From: Cyanophora paradoxa CCMP329
Taxonomy: Eukaryota; Plantae; Glaucophyta
NCBI GenBank assembly: GCA_004431415.1
Contig: QPMI01000542.1
Coordinates: forward strand, 186,001-250,000
Reading direction: 5' to 3'
DNA length: 64,000 nt
A program made the position numbers and the translations under genes. The notes beneath the pieces are model-generated. The model saw only the letters and a list, made by a program, of their open reading frames with translations, did not search any database and was not told the origin of the DNA. Of this stretch, positions 48,871 through 59,081 are shown piece by piece (position 1 is the stretch's first letter; each line of letters starts with the position of its first letter).

Positions 48871-51353
48871 GGCCACCCCCGCACTCGGCGCTGCACAAGC
48901 AGTCGGCGGAGCGCTAGCAGCTCTTGGGGGCGTCGCAGCGGCTCCTGCAGCTGAAGGAGGAGCAGGTGCGGCAGGGGCGGGATGGCCGTGCCCGAGCCGC
49001 GCCCCGCCGGATCCGAGCCCGCGGCGCAGATCTCGATCCTGACGAAGCACAACGCGAAGTACAGCGCGACGAACCAGCCAGCAGCTGCAGGCCGAGCGCG
49101 ACGAGCTCATGGGGCAGGTCCGCACTCTCGCAGGGGGCAGAGGCCCCGCCCGGGTTCGATCCCGTGCCTTTCAGGTGGAGGCGCCGGAGCGCGGGCTCGC
49201 CGCCAGGTCGAACGAGATCGACAGGCTGCAGAAGCAGGTCCGCCCGCTCCCGCCCCCCGCGGGCCGCGCCGCCTCTGCCGCCGACGCGCCTCGGGCGTCG
49301 CAGGTGGAGGAGCTGAAGGCGCACTGCCAGCAGCTGCAGCACGCGGCGGCCGCCGCGGCGCACGTGCCGGCGCAGCCCCCGACCCTCGTCGTGGCCCGTC
49401 CCCCTCGACCCCCGCCCACGCCCTCGCCCACGCCCACTCCGCCCCGGACGCCTCCGCCCACTCGTGCCCCCCCTCCAGCTTCCGCGCCGTCTCCCCCGGT
49501 ACCCTCGGCTCCCTCCAAGTACCCCTCCCCGCCGCCTCCGCCCCGCCCGAGGAGGCCGCCTCGGCGCGCTCGGCGCCGGCGCGGCCGCAGGCGAGCCCGC
49601 TCGACACGGCGGGCTCGTACACGGCCCGCTCGAGCGGGAGCGGCGGGGGCCAGACCGCGCAGCGGACCGGGCCGCTGGGGGCCGTGTCGGGCACGGCGAC
49701 GCCCAAGGCGGGGGCGGCGCCCTCGGAGCCGGACGGGGGGCTCGGCGAAGCGTTCCGATGCGTCAAGTCGATGGGCGGGCACACGGGCTTCGTCCTCGCC
49801 CTCGCCTGCTCCGACGCGACGGAGACGCTGTTCTCCTCCTCCCAGGACTCCACCATCAAGGTACCCCCCGTGCCCCGCCCGACCCTCGGCGCCGCTGACG
49901 GGCCCGCAGGTGTGGGACCTGACGCGGTGCGAGGAGGTTGGCGTGCTGCGGGGCCACAACGGCTTCGTGCGCTGCGTCTCCGTCACCCCCGACGGGCGGT
50001 ACCTGTTCTCCGGTGCGGCCCCGTACCCCCGCTCTCGACTCCGACCCTGTACCCATCGTCCGTCTCAGGGGCGCAAGACTCGACGATCCGGATGTGGGAC
50101 ACGCGGAGCAACGCCTGCGTCAAGGTCCTGCAGGTGCAGTACCCCCTGCAGCCCGGCGCCTGTACCCCCTCGAGCGCGGGGCACAGGGCCACCAGCGGGA
50201 GATCTACTCGATCGCGGCGCACAACATCATGATCTTTTCCGGATTTGAAGACAAAACGGTACCCATAGTCCCGCATGAAGCTGTACCCCCAGCTTACCTC
50301 CTAACCTCCCCCCTCCCCTTGCAGGTCCGGGTCTGGTCGCAAGTTCGTCCCCGTACCCCTTTCTCGTCCTCGCCCCCCCCCCTCCCCCCCTCTTCCCTCT
50401 CTCTCCTTTCTCGCCCTCTCGTTCCCCCCCCCCCCCCCCTTCCCCCCCGCGACTTTGCACTCATTTCGCCGCAGTCGACGGTCTTCTCGCTGGCAGCGAA
50501 CGGGCGGAACCTCTTCTCCGGCTCCCGCGACCACTCCATCAAGGTAAACCCCTCGCGCCCGCTTCGTTCGCCTTCTGATCCGGCGCCCCTGCTCCGAAGG
50601 TGTGGGACCTGGCCACCCTCGAGATGCGCAAGGTGCCGCCCCCGGGCCGGAGCGGCGGCCCCGGCCTGCGGCTGAGCGCGCCCCTCGTCCCGCAGACGCT
50701 GCACCCGCCGCACCTGGACGGCGTGAACGCCTTCGCCCTCACCCCCACCTCCCTCTTCTCCGGCTCCCGAGACAAGGTGCGCGGGCGGGGGTACACGGAG
50801 GCGGAGGGCGGGGCGGGGCTGACGGGCGGGGCGCAGTCGATCAAGCAGTGGGACCTGAACGGCTTCCAGGCGACCCGCTCCCACATGGCCGCCCACGCCG
50901 ACTGGATCTCGTGCGCCCGCCCCGCGCCCCTCCCCGGCCCCCGTACCCCCCGCCGACGCCGTACCCCCCGCCAGGTCGCTGCTGGTGGCCGCCGAGCCGC
51001 GCCTCCTCATCTCCGCCTCCCGCGACTCGACGATCAAGGTACCCCTGCCCCACGCCTGCCGTACCCCCCTCCGCCCCTAACGTCTTCGCAGGTGTGGGAC
51101 CTTGACGCGCCCGTCGACGTGCTGGCCTCTCTGGACGACCACAAGGGCGCGGGTACCCCTGCCCTGCCCGGCCATCGCCGTACCCCCTCGCTGATCCCGT
51201 GTCCCGCGCCCAGTGAACTCGATTGTGCTGTCGCGGAACCTTCTCCTCTCCTGCTCCAACGATCGGACCATCAAGGTGCCCCCCCCCCCCCCCTCCCGCC
51301 CTCTCCCCCCCCCTTCCCCCTCCCCCCCTCCGCAGGTCTGGGAGGGCCAGTAG
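48871..51353 (+). pseudogene. Coiled-coil plus WD40 tail of a KIF21-like kinesin-4, no motor domain
   Basis: Coiled-coil exons, S/P/A linker, about 7 WD repeats including PPHLDGV..LFSGSRD.SIKQWDL..AHADW (compare KIF21 PPHYDGI..LFSGSRD..KWDL..AHKDW); in-frame TAG at 48915; ETLTQVKSLTGH segment deleted relative to the 62-kb copy; ends VWEGQ*. Confidence 0.72.
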
Positions 51354-51550
51354 AGCCGGGCCCTTGTTTTGTGTTTAGTGTTTGTGCTGTCTCCGTTCCT
51401 AGCCGCCAGAGCTTTAATTCGAATTCTGCGCTGTGCACAGGCGTATATACGCAGATAGGAGGTGCAGGCCGAGGTTTTGAGGCCGTTACCTCGATGCATT
51501 TATTGATAACAGCTGGCAGCTAGAAATGCTTCTAGCAACTGCTCGCCGGC

Positions 51551-53711
51551 CTAGTCGCTTTCGACGTAGTGTATGTCCACGTCGAGAAGGGCGGCACGCA
51601 GTGCGTCGCGCGCGTCGCCGCCGAGGGCGGCCCGCGCCTTGTCCTTGATCACGAGGCGGCGGAGGCGCTTCAGGGAGGAGACGGCAACGAGGCCACCCGC
51701 GGACGTCAGGGGTAGTGGCGACTCGACCGTGAGCATATGGAGGGAGGGCGCGTCAGAGGCAAGCCGCTGCAGCGCTAGCAAATTAGAACAGATGCTGGCC
51801 TCGCTGGCCGCCAGGAGATTCTGACCTTCAGAAATGTGCCCGGAATCTCCGCGTCGCCTGAGGATTGCAAAGCGAGGGTCCTGAGGTTTGTCCACTGCAC
51901 CGTGGGCTGCTGAGCAATTGCTGACAAGGTCCGTGTTGGCAAAGTGACATTCAGAGACTGCAACATTCATTCATAATTAGAAACAGAGCAATGTTAATCG
52001 TCAACACATGCAACATATGGAAGGGTCAACCTTACCCTTAGCTCAGCCAGCTTCGAGGCTGTTGCAGCAAATGATGCGGAGCCAGCTTCGTCCAGATCGT
52101 GGTGCACAAGGATGGCAGCTCGAAGGCTGCCGGCGAGGGGCAGGAGCGTTGTGATGTCCGCTGCTTCTGTCATGTTGAGGCACACGTATTCCAGCTGCCG
52201 CATGCCGGAGAGGAAGCCGGTATGCATGTGCCATACAAGCACAGAATATGCTGCCGGTGGGTGAGACGGCTGAGAATTTACTTTCTACGTATACGGCTTC
52301 CAATGTACAGGCATTAAATTTGGCGTTTTAAACCCCTCACCGCGCAGAAGGGAGAGGCTGGAGAGCGGCTGCAGGTCCGCTTCGGAAGTGTTTGGCCAGA
52401 TCAACGACCCGCTGTTGTTGTAGAACTCTGAGGAAGCTCAAGCTTAAGCTCAGTGCGATCGAACAACAACAAGCCAATGATTCGAATAAAGCCAACCCGT
52501 TCCCAGTTGCTCAAGCCGCTGGAAAGCCGCAATCGAAGAAAAGATGGGAAGCAAAGTGCCATTGACGATAATGCCACACTGCAGCCGCTTGAGCGTGTTG
52601 GCCAGCGGTGCCAGGGCTTGCAGAGTTTCGAGGGTCATCGGCAGTCTGTAGGTGTGCGCATGAAAATCGAAAATTAATACATTCGAACTGCAAAAACGGA
52701 GCACTTTTCGAGTGTCAAGGCCTGCAGTGGGAGCGATGCCAGTGCTTGCACTGCGCCCTGAACAAACGGCCCGGACACCATTGCGATATTCGCCTTCAGC
52801 CAATCCAATGACCCACCATGAATGCACACCTGCGGGGAATCGATTTAATGTAGATCTAGAGTCGGGTGCGATCTAGAGTCGGGTGCGATCTCCGAGCGTA
52901 AGCACCTGCTCGAGCTGCGAGAAGTGCTGGATAGACGGCAGCACACCCGGGGATACAGCGCCTCCACAAGAAATGTACAGCTCCGCCAGCTGCTGGCGGA
53001 AGGACTTGCTCATCTTGATGAAGGAATCCTTGCTGAGCTCGCCATCTGTCAGCGACAGCGAGCGCATCGCTTTCCGTCGCTTCTTCGGCTGTTTAAGGAG
53101 CGCAGCGACGACCTCGTCGCTAGCTGGTCGGATACGAATGCGCTGCCAGAGGCTGGGCTGCTGGGCGAGGCTGCGGAAGCGGCGGGAGACGTGGCTCAGC
53201 TGCACGAGCTCGCAGAGGTCCTGATCCGTACAGCGGCGGGAACCAGAGAAATCTTCTACTGACCCCGCCTCCACATAGCTCCGCTCTGACGCCTGGCCGA
53301 TGATGCGCGTGACGAGCTCGTCAGGCAGCGCGTCGAACGGGCTGCCGCCGGCCGCCATCGCCGCCGCCACGCGCGAGAGCGCCGCCGCGGAGCTCGAGGC
53401 TGCAGCTGCGGACGATCGCGAGATATCGATTAGCGCAATGCTAAGCGCAGGCTAGGCCGCGGCGGCCGCGGCATGCGCAGATCTAGATCTAGACGCAAAT
53501 GCGCGCGCGCGCATGCGCACCCTGCAGCTGATCATGGCCACGCCATGCCCCCACAGAGACGATGCCACCTCCTAGGCCTGCAGCTGCCACGTTAGTCGGA
53601 GAAGGACCGCGCAGAGACGCGGGCCGGGGGCGTGGCTCATGATCAAGCTCACTGACCTGCCGGTGGCGCATCTCCCTCCCTCGCTCGCTTCACCGCCCGC
53701 TCGCGCGCCAT
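51551..53711 (-). CDS. F-box/LRR protein, copy E
   Basis: Exon 1 MARERAVKRAREG, F-box ORF 52873-53370, LRR exons, ends HYVESD*. Confidence 0.85.
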
Positions 53712-54244
53712 CTGCCACGAGGACACTTCAGAGCCTCCTGCGAGTCTCGTCAGCGCCCCCCGCAAAGCTCGCCTTGGTGACACGGCGGGCAGGCGAGTCG
53801 CTTCGCCGAAACAGCGCACCTTGACTCGGCGACCGCCACGCCCGTGTTCGTGGCCGCCGAGCCCGTCCCGGGCAGCGGTTGTGGCGCGCCCAAGGGCCAA
53901 GCGGCCCAAGCCGGTCCTACGGGTACAGTGCCAAAGCTGCATCAAAGCCAGCTGCTCCTCGCGACTTCCGTTGAACGCTGCGGTGCGGCGAATTGCTTGC
54001 GATCTCAGAGTGCAGGCGGTCGTCTCGAAGCAGGCCGCGCGTGCGTTTGGGTCGATCGAAGCGGGTAGCGGTGGAATGAGCGCTGTTGAGCGAGCAAGGC
54101 AAGCGCTCAAACCGCACTGGAGCGGTAGCCATGCGTGAGCGGCGGCCACAGCACGAACCCCCAGCAAGTCGATAGCCGCGGCTCGCGCAGCCCGAGCGGG
54201 CGGTCCTGAGGCCGCGAGGAGGAGTGCGTCTTGTCTCAGAGCGC

Positions 54245-57200
54245 ATGGAACGCATTCGCTCGCTTCGCCTGGACGCGGGGCGGTCGCTCGCGGCGATGGC
54301 GGCCCTCGTCCTCGCGGTGGCGGCGTTCGCGGCGCCGCGGGCGCGGGCGGAGCTGCCGTTCCTGCAAGAGACGATGGAGGAGGACGCGCTGCGGCTGCTG
54401 GTCGCGGGGGAGAACGTCAAGCTCGGCCTCATGCTCCACGCGATCCTCTCCCACTTCGGGAGCCCAACGAACGGCGCCTTCGACCTGCTGGAGACGCGGC
54501 GCTTCGTGCGGACGCTGCTCTACCTCTTCTCGCTGCCGTCCTTCCAGCTGCGGAACGAGCTCGCGGAGCTGCTGCTCGTGCACAACGCGCTCATCGGCGA
54601 CCTCGTCGCGCTCTCCGAGGTCCGCGCGACGGACGAGCTGCTGGACGCGTTCAGCTACAACATGACGCGCGACGTGAACAAGTTCCTCGTGCTCTTCAAC
54701 GCCCGCTCGAACTACACCGGCGTGCCCCGCCGCCGCCTCTTCGAGCTCGCCCCCCAGATGGCCTACAGGCACGCCCCGCCCCGCCACGCGCTCCGCCGCC
54801 CCCGCAGCTGCCCCGCTGAGCTCGCGCTTGCGCGCAGCTGGTACAACAACTTCATCGTGGCGATCAAGACGGGCGGCGCGGACGAGGCCGTCTTCGAGCG
54901 GCTGCGCGCCCACCAGCGCTTCGCCGCCGAGTACGAGGGGGTCCGTCGGCGCCGACCCCCCCTCCCCGCCCCCCCCCCCCCCCCCCCGCCCTCCTCCCCT
55001 ATTTGTGTCCGACCCGCGGCGCGCAGGACTTCGTGGGGTACGGCTTCAGGCTGAACCAGTTCTTCTACGCCCCTGCATCGACCCGGACTCGCAGGCCTGC
55101 CCGCCCACCCCTCCGCCCCCCATCCCCGCCCCGCCCCGCCGCCTCTGACCCTGAGCCGGCCCCCGCAGGCGGCGGCCAAGATCAAGGTGGCGCGGCAGAC
55201 GAAGGCGATCTGGGCGGGTACGGGAATCTCCATCAAGAGCTACCCCGACCCAAGCGCATCGCCGTCGTCAGGTACCCCCCCCCAAGCCCCCCCCTCCTCT
55301 TCGATGCTCGCCCTGTACCCCTTCGGACCGCCCGCTCATCCGGTACCCCAGCGGCATCTGGATCAAGGACTCGCCCATCCACGCCGCCTACTACCCCTTC
55401 GTCCGCGCCCTGCAGGCGAGCCCGCCGGGAGAGGGCGTACACCTGTCAGGCCCGCGCCGCCGCTGACACCGGCGCAGGAGCGGTTCCACGTGACGCTGGT
55501 GCAGCTCGTCGAATCGATGGAGATCCTCGAGAAGAAGGAGAAGGCGCCCTACCCCCCCCTCTCTGCTCCCGTACCCCCCCGGCCTCATCCCCGCCTTGCA
55601 GGTCGGATACGACACGGAGGGCTTCGCGGAGGTGCTGTACGTACCCATCGAGGGCGGCTCCCTCCAGGTGCCCCCGCACCCGCTTCTCGGCCAGTACCCC
55701 CCTCACCCCCCCCCCCCAGGTCGGCCAGATCGAGTACAACCGGTTCGCCCTCGCGTACTTCCCCGACGTCGGCACCATGGACGGTGCGGCCGATTACCCC
55801 CCCCCCCCGCTCCGCTCGCGTACCCCCACCGACCCGCGCGGCCCCAGGGTCGACGGTGCTGGCGTGCACGCGCCTTGCCCCGATCATGGTCGCCTCGTTC
55901 GGGCAGCCCGCCTCCGCGTGGGGTACCGAGGTCCGCCCCGCTCGAGTTCTCCGTCTCCGTACCCCCCTACCCCCCCCCCAGATCGACTACTTCGTGTCGG
56001 GGACGGACGTCGAGCCGCCGGGGGCGGCCGCCCACTACGGCGAGCGCCTGCTCCTGCTCCCCGGCCTCGGTACCCCCCTCCCCGCCCCCCCCAGGCCGCC
56101 CCGCCAACTGCGCCGCCGCGCGCAGGGACGGCGTACTACAAGGCGGCCTCGTCGGGGTACCCCCCCGCCAACGCGAGCGACCCGTTCGCGCCGGGGCCCG
56201 GCGGCGCCCTCCCGCCCTTCGTCTTCAACTGCGCCTGGAACGCCCACAAGGCGGGCGCCCCTCTCGCACCCCCGCCGCCCTCGCCGGCTCCTCATCTCCA
56301 GCGCAGGTGGTGTACCCCCTGCTGGGGAAGCTGCGGGGGGTGCTGGAGCGCGCGAGGCGGCCGGTGCTCTTCCGCTTCTTCGCGGGGCGCATGGCCCCGC
56401 ACGGCTCCTTCCTCTTCGTCAAGCAGGCGCCCCCGCCCCTGGCCCCCCGCCCTTGAGCTTTCCCCCTCCGGGCCTGATCGCGACTCGCCCGCAGATGGCG
56501 GAGGCGCTGGGGGGCCTGGGGAGCTTCGAGCTCATTCCGAACGCCGGCCACGACGTCTACCTCCAGCTCCTCGCCCAGGCCCGCCCCGCCCGCCCGCCCG
56601 CGCCGCCCGCCCCGCCCCGCCCCGCCGCGGCGCCCCACCCGCTGGCCCGCTCGCCCCCTTTAGCTCTTCCCGTTCGCTTTAGCGCTTTCTGCCGTCCGCC
56701 CCTCCCAGCCCGCCTGCTCGCCCCGCCCGCCCCGCCCCGCCCCGCCCCGCCCCGCCCGCCCCGCCCCGCCCGCCCCGCCCCGCCCCGCCCCGCCCCGCTC
56801 CGCCCCGCCCCCTCCGCCCTGACGCCTCGTTCGTGCAGGGGCACGCCTTCCTCGACTCGCTGCCCTGGAACGGCCACACCACGGTGCCGCCCCGCGCCGC
56901 CCCGCGCCGTCCCGCTCTGAGGGCCGCCCGTGCGCGCAGGCGGTGCACGCGCTCTCGATGGGGATCCCCTTCGTGACCCAGGAGGGCTCCTATGCCTTCG
57001 GTCCGCCCCGCCCCGCCCCGCCCCGCCCTGCCCCGCCTTTTCCGCTTCTGCGCGGCTGACGCCTCCTGCCCGCGCAGGCCGCTGGGCCGCCGGGCAGCTC
57101 CGCAGGGTCCGCTCGCGTCGCCCCGAGCCGCTGGACCGCTCGCCCCCTGCTGACCGGGGGCCGGGGCGGGCCAGGCGGGGATGGCGGAGCTGGTGGCGGA

Positions 57201-57793
57201 CACGGACGCCGCATTCGTCGCCCTCGTCCTCCGCCTCGCCGAGGACCGGTACCCGTACCCCCCGCCCCGGGGCGAGCCCGCGCTTGACCCGCACCCCCGC
57301 CCCGCCCCGCCCCAGCGCCTTCTACGAGTCGGCCCTGCGCGCCGCGCGCGCCGTCGACGTCCAGAAGCAGGCGGGGCCTTCCCCCCCCCCTTCCCCTCGG
57401 GGGGTACAGCTGAGGGTCGGGGCGGGGGCAGGTGTTCGGGGAGGCGGGGCGGCTGGGGGCGCTGCTGGCGGCCTCGTTCGAGTTCCTCGTCGCCCACCAC
57501 GCGACCCTCGCCGCCGACCGCCGCCCCGCCCGCCCCGCCACGCCCCTCCGCGTCCGCCCAGCCCTGCCCCGCCCCGCCCCTCCGCCCGGCGCCGCTCGGT
57601 CCCGGTCTGCTGAGGGGGCGGGCCGGGGCGGGTGCAGGTGAGCTGGGAGGGGCGCGTGTCGTTCTGGGCGGAGGGGTTGCCCCCGGGCCTGGGGGGCCCC
57701 GACGAGTCCTCCCTCCCCCCGCACGCCCTCCCCTCCCCCACCGCCCCCGGCGCCCTCCTGCGCGGCCGCTCCGATATTAGCACTGGGCTATGA
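54245..57793 (+). CDS. HMW1C-like GT41 glycosyltransferase copy 2, about 20 exons, near full length (two -1 indels in C-runs: read error or pseudogene)
   Basis: All motifs of copy 1 plus GRWAAGQLRRAGMAELVA..AFYESALR..VFGE; missing C at about 55070 and 55250 relative to copy 1; 3' end approximate. Confidence 0.75.
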
Positions 57794-58057
57794 GCTTCGA
57801 GTTCGGAGGGTTTGGGCCACAATGTAAGCTTGGCACGAGCTCGACGCATCGACGTTGTGCATACATCAGTTGTATGCGTATATATATATTGTATACAAGA
57901 ATTTGAAGCCGCCGAGCGCGGCTCATGATCAGCGGCTTCAACCGGGTCAATCCGGATCCATCAATATGATCCGGTGCAAACTAGAAGCTTAAGCGCGGCC
58001 CCCAGGCCGGCGGGCCAGCCAAGAAGGTCTAGATCTACGTATACTATACTGTAACTT

Positions 58058-58532
58058 CTCCGCGTGGTTCGCCGCGCCGGAGACGCGCGCCGCGTGGTTC
58101 GCCGCGTCGATCTGCTGGAGCAGGAAGAGCAGCTTCTCCTCGTGCTCCTGCGGGGCGGCGTCAGCTCCTGGAGCCGTGGGCCCGGGATGGGCGAGGGCGC
58201 GCCTCCTCGAAAATCGTGAGGCGCTTGTTGTACTCGACCTCGGCGATGTGCAGCTGCGGCAGGCGTCAGCAGATGCACAGCAGAAGCAAGAGAGAGCTCC
58301 GGATCCAAAGAAAGGCGCGCGCATTGTCTGTCATCTCGCTAGGTCTTCTGCGCATGTCCGGTGAATTTCTGCTGTGGCTTCGCTTACGCCGCGCACGCCC
58401 GCGACTCTCCTGCAGGAACGGCAGCTCCAACCGCGCCCGCGGCGCCGCCAACGCCGCCACCGCGAGTACGAGCGCCGCCATCGCCGCGAGCGATCGCCCC
58501 GCGCCCGGACGAAGCGAGCGACTGCGCTCCAT
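58058..58532 (-). pseudogene. Chimera: GT41 signal-peptide start plus kinesin-4-like coiled-coil exons, truncated
   Basis: MERSRSLRPG..LELPFLQE then LHIAEVEYNKRLTIFEE|EHEEKLLFLLQQID. Confidence 0.7.
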
Positions 58533-59081
58533 GCGCTCCGCGACACGACGCGCGCCTCCTGCGGCCTCAGGACCGCCCGCTTGGGCCGCGCGAGCCGCAG
58601 CTATCGACTCGCCGCGGGAACGCGCTGTGGCCGCCGCTCACGCATGGCTACCGCTCGAGCGCGTTTTGAGCGCTTGACACGCTCGCGCAGCACCGCTCCT
58701 TCCACCGCTGCCCGCTTCGATCGGCGTACACGAACGCGCGGCCCGCTTCGAGACGGCCGCCTGCAATTCGAGGACGCCGGCGATTCGCTGCACTGCAGCG
58801 TTCAACGGAAGTCGCGAGGAGCTCGAGAAGCTGGATTTTACGCGGCGCCGGCTTTGGCACTGTACCCGGAGGACCAGCTTGGACCTGCTTGGTCCCGCCA
58901 CAACCGCTGCCCGGGACGGGCTCGGCGTCCACGAACACGGGCGCGACAGTCATTGGGTGAAGGTGCGCTGTTTGTGCGAAGATCGGCTCGCCTGCCCGCC
59001 TTGTGAACAAGGCGAGCCCCGCGGGGCGCGCTGACGAGAGCCGCAGGGTCTCGCTGCCTTCCTGAAGTGCTCTCGGGACAC

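Noticed and set aside
49750-53711. Single F-box-WD40 (FBXW) gene
   Set aside because: F-box and WD40 sequences are on opposite strands with separate stops.
46222-57793. Bacterial contamination explaining the HMW1C-like gene
   Set aside because: It has about 19 spliceosomal introns and is interleaved with F-box genes.
43449-57793. Skp1-glycosylation pathway linking the GT to F-box function
   Set aside because: Known protist Skp1 glycosyltransferases are cytosolic and not GT41; this one has a signal peptide.
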